Shown: positions 1 through 13,309, counted from the stretch's first letter. The stretch is DNA of 64,000 bases from Azolla caroliniana (GCA_043228905.1 JBHGNT010000013.1:8370001-8434000); one strand, 5' to 3'. The notes: generated by a model not told the origin, from the sequence alone. Made by a program: numbers and translations.

Positions 1-221
1 ATTCAACATTATGTAAAATGAAACATATTACAATGATAGTTGAAAGCATTCTCGTAATCCAAGCGAATGTCTGGCTAAATATGTGTATATATTTAAAAAT
101 ATAGGTTAAAATTGAAATCTTGATAATATTAATTGTGTTTTTTATTAATGTTTTTAAAAGTCATGTGCGCATGTGTGATACATTCTTGAAAGTTTGTTAT
201 AAAATTGTAATTCTTGACATC

Positions 222-1467
222 TCATGTATTTATCAATAAAGGTATGCGACATATTACCTGTTCTAAATGACCCGGTGTTAGTCGTAAAATTTCAAATTGG
301 ATCACAAATTGTGATACCGTTTCGTGTGACTCTTGATAGGCCAGATAGAGTTGACCTATTAGATCCTTGTATGGGATCTTTTGATGAAACAATTGTGTGA
401 ATTTCGCAGCTAATTGTTTGAACGAGTCGAACGCGTTTGGCCCGTTCTGGGCATACCAATTTGTCGACGGACCGTCAAATGATAAGACAAACTTAACAAC
501 TTTTAATTTTCCCTCAGTTGCTGCCGACAATCGTTGTGCCACTTGTTTCACCTCCCATGTGGTCAAAAAATCTCTTATATGTGCTTCCACATTAGCACCA
601 TCTCAATACTTCGAGTTAGAGTAAGGCATAGTGTCGTCTCCCTAAATGTCGTAAAAAGAATTTTCATCAAACCTCTCCTCGTTTGAATGATTATTTGTTA
701 GATCCGGAATTTTGCTCCACTCCCGATCAACTTGTTGCTGATGTTGATGGCTATGTTCGAAATTGTCAGCACTACCTTCTGCTACACGTTAAGACTTTGC
801 TCGTGTGCAAGGATGTTTACGGCTGACAGGTGTTTCTGGACTAGACGAGATCCATTCTACCTTGTTCTCTACCTATTGCGGATGTAACTGGGCGTGCCAA
901 AATTATTGTGTTGTTCGACCGACAGTCGATTTAAGTACATAGCGGACACAATAGGTCAAGCGTTCAGATCCGAACGTTCTATCAAGATGACTGTGGTAGA
1001 AGGATGGATAGACGTACTAGTCAATAAATAAGACTTGTTGTCTGAGTAACTATGATCGACTATTAGATTTTAATATAATTACTTAGTGAGCAAAGCAATT
1101 CAGAAGTCGACACTTAGAATAATAATGAATAGAGAGACCTGCCGACACAAAGATACTCTAACCACTAACTATATTAATTTACAAAATAGAACAACAACTT
1201 TATAATGTTTTCGTTCCCTCTTTTATAGTAAAACTGAGAGTCTCTTTTCAAGATTACATTTGCCCTTGTTCGGCAAGAACTATTACAAAACTGTCTAACT
1301 AATTCTAATACATATTTTTACTACTTGGGAAAATTTGTAACTGTTGACTCATTGATCCACCGCAACAATCTGACTCCGACTCCTTCGTACTTCCGAACAT
1401 TGTCGACTCCGATCCTTTCACACCTGTCTGATTCCGACCTTTCGACCCTATAGCTGACCGACTAACA
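222..1467 (-). mobile_element. 5' part of a Gypsy-type LTR retrotransposon (LTR ~907-1467, PBS 887-899, degenerate gag 222-590), inserted into a Copia integrase region
   Basis: The minus strand reads TGGCACGCCCAGT just inside a TG..CA-bounded segment, complementary to the 3' end of plant tRNA-Arg(UCU). ORF 222-590 resembles a retrotransposon gag capsid. Copia integrase-like sequence resumes at 1468. Confidence 0.6.
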
Positions 1468-2768
1468 ACTGGAGTGAGCAGCGCCTCGGCCTAGAAACCA
1501 TTTCATAGTCCTGCGTGTTGCATCATGGAGACAATTTGTTCCTGAATTATCCGATTCATCTGTCCGGAAATTCCATTATGCTTCGGACTATATGGTGTCG
1601 TATATTCACATCGAATGCTGTGCTGTTGGCAAAACCTGATGAATTCCTCTAACTTGTACTCTCTTCCATTATCAAACCGCAAGCATTTTAGCTTCCGGCC
1701 GGATTGGTTCTCCACCAAGGCAAGCCATTCCTAGAAGCTCGAGAACACTTGATCTCTACTTCTAGTTGGGTATGCCCACACTTTCCTGGTCGAGTCGTTA
1801 ATAAAGTACACGAAGTAGGAAGTGCCACCAAGGGATTGATGTGACATCGGGCCACAAACTGACCTAGGGCAAGTACCCTTTCCACTATTTACAGAAATAG
1901 CGTAAACCTAGTATGTTCAATGGGACAATGTGAATACGGCCATTATGCACCCGTATTCAACATTTGTGTCGTTAGCCACATGTTGTAGGACAATTACACT
2001 ATTTGATGGTGGCCACAACCTTCTTGTTTAGGATCTTCCATTCAAACTCTAACACACCTCTGGGTATTTAACCTAGTCTATGGGCTCGTATAGGTCTCTA
2101 ACTATCAGAAGATATTCCATCTTGATCTTCTAGTCAGAGTAGTTGTGTGAGTTCCAAACTATCATACATGGGAAACCACTCACACCTCCTTTCATCTTGC
2201 ACCTCAAGCTCTGATACCAATTTGTTATGATTAGGATGGTAGATTTCTAAATGATAGACTAAAATATACAAAATAGAATAGAAAGTAGAAAACAACAAAA
2301 TAGATAGAATACACAGTACACTAGATTTACGTGGAAAACCCTAAAATAGGGAAAACCACTGGGCAACAGATCTATACTATATGATAGAGACACAAGAAGA
2401 AAAATAGGTTACAAAGACTCTGCTGAATAGAGTATATACCACTTAGGGTTTTGGCAAGTTCACCTAACTATGCCTACACTACCTCTCTTGTCTCCTTCCA
2501 CTCTCTATGCATACACACACTATCTCTCTATTGTATTATGTTCTACACCTTCTACACCATATATATGAAATGTTTTCCCTAGCTTCACATATTTATAGAA
2601 GGAATATGTTATTATTATTATTATTATTATTTAATAATAATAATAGCAGTTTATCGCCCGAGTGGTCGACTCGATTGTCTGACCCACAAGTCGATAGTCT
2701 AGTCGATTAGACCTGACTCCTATGTCAACTATCCAGTCGGCCCGACTAGCAAACTTTGTCATCGACCA
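1468..2768 (-). mobile_element. Internally deleted Copia element A: 5' LTR ~2223-2768, PBS 2208-2219, integrase fragment 1503-1718
   Basis: PBS TGGTATCAGAGC (tRNA-iMet). The integrase core reads LRFDNGREY..YSPKHNG. Gag and integrase are only ~400 bp apart. The LTR abuts the RNase H sequence of Copia B at ~2769. Confidence 0.7.
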
Positions 2769-2882
2769 TCCTCTGGATGTGCTTAGTCTGGGAATGGTAG
2801 GCCGCATTCTTCACGAGGTGGATGGCACTTTGATTATCACAATAGAGCTGGTATTCCTCCTATCGGATTCCTAGCTCTTCGA

Positions 2883-3039
2883 TGAAGTCCTTCATCCAGA
2901 TTACCTCCTTGTCGGCTTCTATAGCCGCCATGTACTCCTCTTCTGTTGTCAATAGTGCACATTGAAGTCCTTCATCCAGATTACCTCCTTGTTAGCTTCT
3001 ATAGCCACCATATACTCCTCTTCTATTGTCAATAGTGCA
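2883..3039. repeat. 80-bp tandem duplication inside Copia B RNase H
   Basis: TGAAGTCCTTCATCCAGATTACCTCC.. starts at both 2883 and 2963, with a few C/T and G/A differences. Confidence 0.9.
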
Positions 3040-6000
3040 ATGGACTTCCGTAGCCTCAACTTCCACGATACAACTCCCCCTGCATATGTCATGACGTATC
3101 CGGATATAGACTAGTTGGTATCTGCATCAACTCACATGTTTGAATTAGTGAAGCCTTCCAATAGAGGTTTACCAGAGCTGAATCGAAGGCACATACTCGT
3201 GGTGCCTTTTAGGTACTGGAGGATCCACTTGACAGCGGCTGAGTGGTCCTTTCCCGGATTTCTCAAGAACCGGTTGACCACTCCGACTGCATATCCGATA
3301 TCCGGTCGTGTGCACAACATTGTGTACATTAAGCTTCCGACGGCAAAGGAATATGGTATCTTCATCATCTCAGACTTCTCCTTCTTGGTCTTCGGGCTTT
3401 GTTTCTCTAAAAGCTTGTAGTTTGCCGGAAGTGTCGATCTGACCATCTTCACGTCCGACATGTTGAACCTTTGGAGCACCTTTGTCACATACTTCCCCTC
3501 TGACAACCACAATAGCTTCTTCGTTTGGTCCCAGATTATATGCATCCCCAATATTTGTCTCGCCGGACCCAAATCTTTCATTGAGAACGTCCAGTTCAAG
3601 GCCTTCTTCAGATTCTTGATTTTGATTCGGTCTGGTCCAATGATCAGCATGTCATCCACATACAACAAGTGTAGTAGGATGTCGCCTCTATCAAAATTCT
3701 TCACGAACACGTAGTGGTCAGACTGCGTCTCGTGGTATCCTTGGTCAGTCAAGAAGGAGTCGAACTTCTGGTACCATTGCAGGGGAGCTTGCTTCAGTCC
3801 GTATAAGCTCTTCTTCAACCGGCACATCAGGCTCTCCATGCCTTTCATGACAAATTCCTCTGGTCGCTGCATGTAGATCTCCTCCTCGAGGTTCCTGTGA
3901 AGGAATGTCATCTTAACATCGAGTTGTTCAACCTCGAGGTCCATGCTCGCTGCTATACTCAACACCGTCCGAATGGATGTCATCTTCACTACTGGGGTAA
4001 AGATCTCATCGAAATCCACTCCTTTCTTCTACTGGAAGCCCTTTACCACAATGCGGGCTTTGTATCTCAATGGATTTTTGGCGTCTCCCAGTTTCAGCTT
4101 GTACACCCACTTGTTCTAGAGTGCTCTCTTTCCTTTCAGAAGCTCCTTCAATTCATATGTATGCTTCTCATGTAGGGAATCCATCTCATCCTGTGTGGCA
4201 CTTAACCACTTGCGGTTGTGGGTGTCTTTCTTTGCTTCTTCGAAGATTTTCGGCTCCCCCTCGTCGGTCAACAGTATTCGCTCTTTTTCTAGAAATCTCT
4301 GGGGGACCCTTCTCTCTCTTAGAGGGTATCTCCATCCTTGGTTTTCGATCACTAGTTCCTCTGTCACTTCTTCATCAGAATCTGATTCAGGGTCTTGTCT
4401 GGTTCTGGTGTTTGATTCTTTGTCTTCGGTCGATTCCGTTCTTTGTCCGAATCTAACCGGTTCATCATGTTCTTTAGTTAACGTCTGACTTCCGACTGGA
4501 TGTGTCCTAGCATCTTCCAACTGATCTCTGTTGCTCGACCCAGAATCCATTATCTTCTTCTCCGACTCCCAGTCGGCAATGGTTTAGTTTTCCATGAAGA
4601 CTATGTCTTGACTTCGGAAAACCTTCTTGTCAACCAAGTCCCACGCTTGGTAGCTGAACTCATCATCGCCATACCCAAGAAATATGCATGGCCGGAACTT
4701 CGGACCCAAATTTTCTCTCTTGTCCCTTGCTACATGTACGTAGGTGAGACAACTGAACACCTTCAAGTGCTGGTAAGACACATCTTTACCAGTCCATATT
4801 CTCTGCGGTGTGTCTCCATCCAAAGGTGCTAAGGGTGATCTGTTTATCACGTACGTCGTTGTCATTAGCGCCTCAGCCCAAAACTTCTTGGGTAGCTTAG
4901 CATATGCCAACATGCTCTGGACTCTCTCCATCAAAGTCTAGTTCATCCTTTCGGTCAATCTGTTCAACTCCAGTGTCTTCGGCACGGTAAATTCAAGCCG
5001 TATTCCTCGAACTACCCCTAGTACTCTCTATTGTTGTCGGCTCGAACCGCCTTCAGTTTCCAGCCTGTTTCTCTTTCCACTCTTGCATGGAGCTCCTTGA
5101 AGACGGTCAATACCTGATCCTTTGTCTTCAACGGTGGGACCCACAGCTTCTGACTATGGTCATCTATGAACGTCACGAAGTACTGTAGCCTAGCATGTGA
5201 CTTCGTGTCCACATGACATACATCAATATGCACAAGCTCTAGTGGTTCTTTCCATGTTGACGATGGTCTTGACTGGAAAGAGGTTCGGTTCTACTTGCCG
5301 ACCAAATAGTCAGTGCACTTCTCAAGTTGCACGTCTTTCTCCTCCGGAATGAGGTTATCTTTGGCAAGTGTCCACATTCCCTTCTAGCTCATGTGGCACA
5401 ACCTCTTGTGCCACAACTCACCGGCAATGTCGAATACCACGTTCACTTCTTCCCTGCATATCCAGGCATGCATAAGGTACAATGTGTTGATATTTTGGGC
5501 TCGGCCACGATCAAGCTTCCTTTTCTGAATTTCATAACTCCATTCCGGATGCTACATGTGTAGCCTTCATCATCCGGCCGATGGACTTATATCAGGTTCA
5601 ACCGAAGCTCTGCAATGTGTCTGACGTCTTTTAGCAACAACTTGCAACTGGTTGACGTTGTCAACAATACGTCTCCTATGCCGATACTTCTGCGCACACC
5701 TTCATTCCCTAGCCGGACACAACCATGTAGGATGAGAAGCACTTCCAGTCGCGGGTCAGATGGAACGACACTCCAGAGTCGACCACCCACGTTGTTTCGT
5801 TGCTGCTAGATGTAGCTTGCTCTCTTCGGTGATAAGCATCAATTCTTCTTCACTTGTCGCGATTTCCAACTTTCTTCTCCGATCCGAACCCTTCTTAGAG
5901 ACAACATTGTTGGTCCCCGCTTTCTCCTTTCAGAACTGTTGGCAATTCTTCTGGAAGTGCCCCGGCTTCCCACTATAGAAGCACATGGGCCTCCTCCTTG

Positions 6001-7286
6001 ACTTTGACCTCCTCCCCGATATTTCCCGGTTCTGAGGACTCCAATTCCGGCATCTTCCCCTGTTATTGTTGTCTTCTATAACCAAGGGCCTTCGGATTTG
6101 TTCCGGATTCCTGGTACTTCTGGCAAGCTTCTTCGTTTAACAAACTTGACTTCACTCACGCCAGGGATAAGTTCTTTCCTTCTCGTCCGACATTGCCTAG
6201 AGTGACAACCAACATCTCCCAGCTATCCAGAAGGGATCCAAGCAATAGCAATGCGAGTAAGTCATCGGCTAATGGTACTTCAAATGAGGTAGTTTGGTTT
6301 ATCTGCCCTTGGAAGGTGTTCATATGCTCTGCCATGTGGGTGCCGTCTTGATACCGGAGACTCTCTATCTTCCGGAATACTAAGACCCGATTTACGGCGT
6401 TCTCGTTCTCCAAACATCGTGCCAATCTTCTCCCAGGCCTCATTGGCCTTGTTCTCTTCATTTAAGTTATTGTACAGGCTCATGTCAATGAAGCACCAAA
6501 TGTATGGCGTCATTTTCATGTGCATTACCTCCCAGGTCGCGGCATCGATCTTGTCCGGTCTGTGGTCCCCAAATTATACCGGCAACCAAAGATCTTTTAC
6601 GACTAACATGTCCCTCATCTTCGACTTCTACACCGGTGAGCTTGAACATGCTAGCGAATTACTCTTTCAATTTTCTTTCCTTTGCTGTTTTCTCTAATAC
6701 GAGTTTGTACGGAATAGCGCTCGGCCACAACCGAGACTCGATTGGAAAATGGAAAGACAGAATAGAAATAAAGATTAATGCACTTACCCAGAATGAGACG
6801 ACACTATATGTTTACGTGGAAAACCCCAAGAGGAAAATCCACGAGATTTCGCAGACTCCGAGCACGATGACTATAGGGCAGAGGTACTACAAAGCGAGAC
6901 TCAGCAGCAACGACCTCGAGCTCTGTCTTCGCCAGCTGGTGGTTACAACAGAAAAGCTTTCTGTATCTCTCTCCCTCCCTCTCTCTCTCTGTACAATGAT
7001 AATGATACCAACGACTACTATCATATTTTCCCTAAGTTATATTTATACTTATATAACGGCCTCAATGGCCTATAAGAAACATATTTACAAATCTATCTCT
7101 CTTCACGGTGTCGTAGTGTAGGTTGCACACTATGTGGAGATTATATTTTTGTCCCTCCGGATAGAGAATGGAGTGCTCGGTGAGAACCGGAAGAAAACGG
7201 TATACCGGCAAGGAAGAAAACGGCATACCGGCAAGGAAGAGCCGGATAAAGAGACATAAATGTAAAAAAAAGGAAATACTCACTAC

Positions 7287-7353
7287 TGCATAGGGCATGA
7301 TTCGAACTCTGCACCTCCACGTTGACAAACCCCAACCTTACCATTACATTAAC
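7287..7353 (-). promoter_or_regulatory. tRNA-like Pol III A/B-box module in Gypsy 1 LTR (second copy 13476-13542)
   Basis: The minus strand reads TAATGTAATGGTAAGG..TTGTCAA..AGTTCGAATC with tRNA-like box spacing, followed by an 8-9 nt T run. Confidence 0.5.
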
Positions 7354-7842
7354 TTATCTTAAGTGTTTTAAATATAGATTTAATACGTATAAGACCTTTA
7401 TTTATGCATACCTTTATTAAAAGGTAAATCGTGTATTTTTTTAATATATGAAAAAGAAAAACACGAGACACTAAAAAATAACTCATGCACATCTAGCGTG
7501 CATGAGCCCTATACTTAGGAAATAAAAAAGCATCACATGCACATTTAGTGGACATGAACACTTTTTGTAAAAAAAAAGCATGAAGCCATGCTTAGCTCTT
7601 CCTTCCTTATATAAGGAGGAGAGAAATATATAAAGGGTTGTTGATTATTTGGATTAAGAATTAATCAATACAAAAATTATTCGTGGGATTCACGATTTAT
7701 ACGTCTACTTCTCTCTTAACACCCTAAGTACCAATTAATATAGTATACTCGTGTGATTCACGAGTTTCTTATCTTTCTCTTTGCTATTTACTCATAATTA
7801 ATCTCTATCTCACGAACTTCTTTCTCCTAGTCCAAGACCTCT

Positions 7843-9969
7843 GTGGTTCCCACCCGACTCACGCAACGATCCGGAGCCGAAAGGCACGACACAGTTGGTG
7901 AACCCGACGTGAAGACGGGTGGCAAGGAGATGGAGGCTCAACAAGCTAACAATATGATGGCGATGTTCGAACGAATGCTTCAAGAACAACGCACGATGTC
8001 GGAGATTTCGGCATCAGTAGAGCGGCTCGTGCAACGCAACGGGCAATTTAATGGTAAGGATGTGTCGCGATATTTGCAGGACTACAAGGCGGAGATGCTC
8101 CGGTGCCGGGCTTCGGAAGGACTGCAAGTGACATCCTTTAACCGGGTGGCGACCGACGGGCTTCAAGGGAGTATCCACGGGTTGGAACAACAAAATCCGA
8201 CGTGGGAAGCATTCGAAGAGGCGTTAAAGACCACGTTTGCCATCGAGGACTCCTCCAAGGCAACGCGGAGGGGATTCGAGGATTGGGTGGAAATGTCAGG
8301 TAAGGGGCTGAAGGTCCTCGAAGTGTTTTCGACATTCGAGTGTCGGTTCGGGAGGTTGTCCGCGAGAGATCAAACTATTCTTGCACCGGACAAAGTCATC
8401 ATGTTTTTGCGAGCTGTGGACGTCCGGGACCGGAAAGATCTCGGAGTGCTTCTTGAGGACACGACCACCGAAAGCGGCCTCACCGAAACATGGGAAAGCA
8501 TGCGGGATATCGTCGCGCGGTACACGAAGAGGGGGCAATGGCTTGCCAACGAAGAAAAGAGGGTTTCGGAACCGATTCCGAAACCGAGAACGGGACTGGA
8601 AGACCATCAACCGAGGGCTCGGGAGATTACGGCCGAGAAGGGAGTCGACGCGTCTACGGTGGAGCAGCTGCTGAAGGAGATGGAGAATCTAAAGATCGCG
8701 ATGGTGAAGAAGTCGGATGACTGCCCCACAAGCTCCAAATATACGGATCGACGGTGCATATGGTGCGATAGCGCCGAACACGATCGGAGGGATTGCGACG
8801 ACCATAAGGAGGCGCTACGACGGGATCTCATCTACTACGAGGGAAACCGGATTCATTCGATGGACTCTCGGAAGCCACTCCGACCGAACTTCCGGAAAGG
8901 CGGCATGAAGAAGGTGCTCGAGGAGGAGTTAGCGGCAAGAAGCAACTATGCGACAACCGCGGGAATATGTGTCGGGGAGTCATCGGGAGCGAAGGCGTCT
9001 TTCTGGCCGGAGGTGCTAGGAAACACCGAGAAAACCGACTCCAACGATATCCGAAACACCGCGGAAGGCGTCCGGGAAGCTACGGGATGGGAGTGCCCTG
9101 TCGACAAGAATAGCATATACGCCCTGTGTCAATTACATGAGGTGTATGTGGACGAGAAACGACGGCGCACGGAGGATGCGGCCGGACCATCGAAGATACC
9201 GGAAAGCTGGAACTCCGGAGGTAAGGGAAAAGAAAAGGCGACTCCGGCATTCAAGCTCGCCTCGGACATAGAACAACAAACCGACTTGAAAAGAGTGTTC
9301 GAGGAAAGAATCTTGGATAGCCGGGTAGATTTTTCGTTGCGGGAACTACTCGGAATAGCGAAGAAGGAGTTTCACGATCTTCTCGTGGATCTCGTGAAAA
9401 GGAAGAGACAAAGTACGGAGGAAATTGCTCCAAGGGTGAATGCAAATACCGTTTCAACGAACGACACCGAAGTGGAAGGCGAAATTCCGAACTCCCACTA
9501 TACAAGGCCACACTGGGCCCGTGCGACTACGGAGACTCCGGTCCGAATCGGCAACATCAAAGAACCCGTGCTAGCATTGATTGATCACGGATCAGAGATC
9601 AACTTGATGTCCAAGGAGTTCTACCGAAAGGGGAAGTGGCCTATAAACACCAACCATGGATGGAAGATTCGGGCAGCCACGAAAACGACAGAAGACCTAT
9701 TTGCGGCTTGTCCGGATGTGATGGTAAAGATCGGGGATGTCGAAATTGACCAAAATTTCTTTGTGCAGGATGAGGTTTCACATTCTGTCATCCTCGGCCA
9801 ACCCTTTATCACAGCTTCACGGATGGAGACGAAGGTGCTCGATAGTGGAGCGGCTTTTGCGCGAATTCGGAGCCAAAACGGAGGGAAATCCGTCCAATTC
9901 CTAACGGTGCCGGCAAATCACGAAAGGAACAAGAGGGAACTCTTGTCCCAAGTGAGAATGGATTTTTAA
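7843..9969 (+). CDS. Gypsy 1 ORF1: gag plus aspartic protease (likely start ATG 7930)
   Basis: Open ~700-aa frame with a CxxCxxxxHxxxxC knuckle (CIWCDSAEHDRRDC) and a protease motif ALIDHGSEINL..VILGQPF. Confidence 0.85.
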   Translation: MVPTRLTQRSGAERHDTVGEPDVKTGGKEMEAQQANNMMAMFERMLQEQRTMSEISASVERLVQRNGQFNGKDVSRYLQDYKAEMLRCRASEGLQVTSFNRVATDGLQGSIHGLEQQNPTWEAFEEALKTTFAIEDSSKATRRGFEDWVEMSGKGLKVLEVFSTFECRFGRLSARDQTILAPDKVIMFLRAVDVRDRKDLGVLLEDTTTESGLTETWESMRDIVARYTKRGQWLANEEKRVSEPIPKPRTGLEDHQPRAREITAEKGVDASTVEQLLKEMENLKIAMVKKSDDCPTSSKYTDRRCIWCDSAEHDRRDCDDHKEALRRDLIYYEGNRIHSMDSRKPLRPNFRKGGMKKVLEEELAARSNYATTAGICVGESSGAKASFWPEVLGNTEKTDSNDIRNTAEGVREATGWECPVDKNSIYALCQLHEVYVDEKRRRTEDAAGPSKIPESWNSGGKGKEKATPAFKLASDIEQQTDLKRVFEERILDSRVDFSLRELLGIAKKEFHDLLVDLVKRKRQSTEEIAPRVNANTVSTNDTEVEGEIPNSHYTRPHWARATTETPVRIGNIKEPVLALIDHGSEINLMSKEFYRKGKWPINTNHGWKIRAATKTTEDLFAACPDVMVKIGDVEIDQNFFVQDEVSHSVILGQPFITASRMETKVLDSGAAFARIRSQNGGKSVQFLTVPANHERNKRELLSQVRMDF

Positions 9970-10006
9970 AGCGGAAGATAAAAGCCAAGGGAACCGGGTA
10001 GTCCCG

Positions 10007-13000
10007 GTGGAATCGGTCGAGATGTACGAGATCGTTGCGAAAATGGGGCCGGATGCGCTCCGCAAAGAAGAAGCAATGGTAAGTACGAAATACAAGACCG
10101 TGGAGAAGAAGGTGAAACCGGCCGCGGGACCACTACCCGCCGATAGCGAACAAAAGAAGAAAGAAGTCTCGGGAGATCCGACACTTCGGAAGTCCGTGGA
10201 TATCGGACATGCCTTCACAAATGAGACCTGGAAGAAACTTCGGATCAGTGGAGGTGGGTTCCTCTTACAAGAAGAAGAAAAACGGTTTCGAGAGATGTTG
10301 GAGCAACATGGCAAAGCATTCGCGTTCACATCGAGGGAGATCGGATGCATTGATCCAAAGATAGTGGAGCCGATGGTGATTTTCACGATTGATCATGTAC
10401 CGTGGAATCTGAAGCCGATTCCGGTGCCACGGGCGCATATTCCGAAAGTCATCGACTTGCTCAAGGAGAAGGTGGCGATGGGGATTCTAGAGCCATCAAG
10501 TGCTCCGTACTCAAATCGATGGTTTACGGTTCCGAAGAAGAATGGGTCACTCCGATTCATCCAAGACTTGCAACCGGTGAACAAGGTCACGATCCGGAAC
10601 TCGGGAGTCGGTCCGATATTGGACGAATTCGCGGAAGCTTTTGCCGGACGTGCGATATACTCCATCGGGGACCTATACTCGGGGTATGACCAATTCCAAC
10701 TAGCCGTGGAGAGCCGAGACATCACTACCATGCGGACACCGATAGGACTAGTTCGAATGTGCACACTACCACAAGGAGCGACAAACTCGGTTGCACATAT
10801 GATGAACGCGATGAACAAGGTGCTTCGAGATTGCATCCCGGAGATAACGATGTCGTTTCTAGATGACATTCCGATGAAAGGATGCGCGGTGGAAGAAAAA
10901 GATGAGACTATGGATGATCGGGGATGCCGAAAGTTCGTGGTCGACCATATTCATGATTGCGAGAAAGTGTTGCGAAAGCTAGAAGATGTGCACCTAACAC
11001 TTTCCGGGGAGAAATCGGCATTCGGGCAAGAAGAAATATTGGTGGTCGGACATCTATGTGGACCCTACGGCCGAAGACCGTCACCAACAAAGATCGATGC
11101 GATTCAAGCTATGAAGGAAGTATGTGAGTCAACATCGGAAGTCCGAAGGTTTCTGGGTGCGTGTGCATTCTATCACATATGGATTCCGCACTATGCACAT
11201 ATAGCGGACCCGCTCTATCATTTGTTGCGGAAAGGTAAGAAATTCGAGTGGAAACCGGAACACACTAAAGCCATGAGGAAGCTCAAGAAGACACTATGAA
11301 GGGCGGAATCACTTAAGAAGCCAAGCTACGAGCGGCCAATCATAGTAACGGTTGATACAAGTCCAACCGGTATCGGGTGGGTCATCAATCAAGCCGACTC
11401 GGATGGTTCGCGGTATCCGATCCGATTTGGAGCAAAGGTCCTCAACGAAAGGCAACGCGGATATGCACAAGTCAAAAGAGAATTGTGGGGAGTCGTGTCG
11501 GCGATAAAATCTGATCGGGATTATTTGATCGGAGCTGAAGTGGTGATCGAGACGGATTGTCTTCCGATACTCGAGATGATGCGGTGTTGTACGATACCGG
11601 ATGTGGCTATGCTAAGGTGGATTGCATATGTCAAGTCACTTAATCCGGAGGTTCGACACATCTCGGGGAAGGACAACGCGGTAGCGGACATGTTATCGAG
11701 GGCGCGGTTTGAAGACGACATAACCGAATCAGATAATGAAGAAGTTTCCGAAGACTACTTCACGTCAGAACACATGTGCCGAGTGAACGTGATCCGAGAA
11801 TTCCGGGAAGAAGAATACGAGGGGGAAACCTTGATGATCGGGAAGATGCTACAAGAGGTCGAGGATTCAACCAATGATAAAGAAAGGAGAGCCGAGATCC
11901 GAAGGAAGAAGAGGCAAGTCCAAAAGTTCTTCTTGGAAAACGGTTTAATATGGAGGACGCCGAAAAGACCGGATGGGATACCACTTCGAGTAGTCGGGAC
12001 GAAAGAGCAACGAAACCGGATAATGTCCGAGTTCCACGAATCCGATTGGGCTGGACATCGAGGAACATGGGCAACTTTTGTGAAAATCAAGCAAAGATAT
12101 TGGTGGAAGAACATGTATAAAGATGTCGCGGAGTTCATAGAAAGCTGCGAGAAATGTCAAGTCTACTCCGGGGTCCGACACCGAGATGAGCTGCATCCGA
12201 CATTCTCACCGACAATCAACTTCAAGTGGATGGTCGACATTGTAGCTATGCCGACCGGGATTGGACAAAAGAAATACTTGGTGTTAGCTCGAGAAGATCT
12301 CACAAACCAAGTTGAAGGTCGAGCGCTTCGGAGGAAAACGTGTGCCGCGGTGTGCCAATTTCTTTTGGAAGAAGTGTTTTGTAGGTACGGCTGCGTAGGA
12401 CAAGTGATTGCGGACCGGGGAGAACTCGACTCCGACAAAGCTAGGGGATTCTTCGCCAAACATGGAGTTCGGTTAACGTTGACAACGGCCTACAATCCGG
12501 AGGCCAACGGGAAGATCGAACGAGGACATAGTCCGATCGTGAAAGCACTTGCGAAGGCATGCGACGGAAGGGTGAAGGATTGGCCACAAATGCTTCCGTA
12601 TGCACTATGTTCGGATCGGACGACGCATAGCTCCGTGACCGGTTACATGCCGGCAGAACTCATGACCGGACAAGCACCAGTAATGCCAACGAAAACCGCA
12701 ATCGCGACATGGGCAATACTACCGTGGAAGGAAGAGATGAGCCGGGAAGACCTACTAGCGGTCCGGATACGACAACTGGAGGGAAGAACGAAAGATGTAG
12801 CGGAAGCGTCACGCCGACAACAAGAAGCACGGTTTCGGAACAAAAGCCGGTTCGACACAAAGCACCGACTACGACCGAGGAGGATTGAAGAAGGAGATTG
12901 GGTGATCGTCTATGATAGTAGCTTGGACCATCAACATACAACGATGCGGAAATTCGCGAAAAGGTGGTTCGGGCCGTACGAGGTTCGGAAGGTCTTCGAC

Positions 13001-13309
13001 AACGGGACGTACCGACTGTCCGAGTTGGATGGAACAATACTACGAGTGCCGATAGCCGGGAAGCGGGTGAAGATTTTCAAGAAGCGGACCGACGACAAAC
13101 CTTATGTGATCCAAGTCGAGGCCGACAACGAGGAGCAATCGGACGAAGACCACAATGATGCGGGAAGCGAAGAAAGTGGATTGCAACTCATAGTCAACAT
13201 AAGGGGAGAATCGGAGGAAGCTTCGGATGAAGACGGATACGAAGAATCAAGAACTTCGGCACATACCGGAGGATGTGCGGGTTTGGAGGGGGCGAGTGTC
13301 GTAGTGTAG
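10007..13309 (+). pseudogene. Gypsy 1 ORF2: RT-RNase H-integrase with one in-frame stop at 11297-11299
   Basis: RT motifs DLYSGYDQF and FLDDI, integrase HHCC (AGHRG..CEKCQ) and GPY/F (WFGPY). ORFs 10007-11299 and 11483-13309 share one frame. No chromodomain; the stop codon lies inside the 3' LTR. Confidence 0.9.

Noticed and set aside
7287-7353. Bona fide tRNA genes
   Set aside because: Acceptor and anticodon stems do not pair properly; only promoter boxes and a partial T arm remain, so they are reported as tRNA-like modules.
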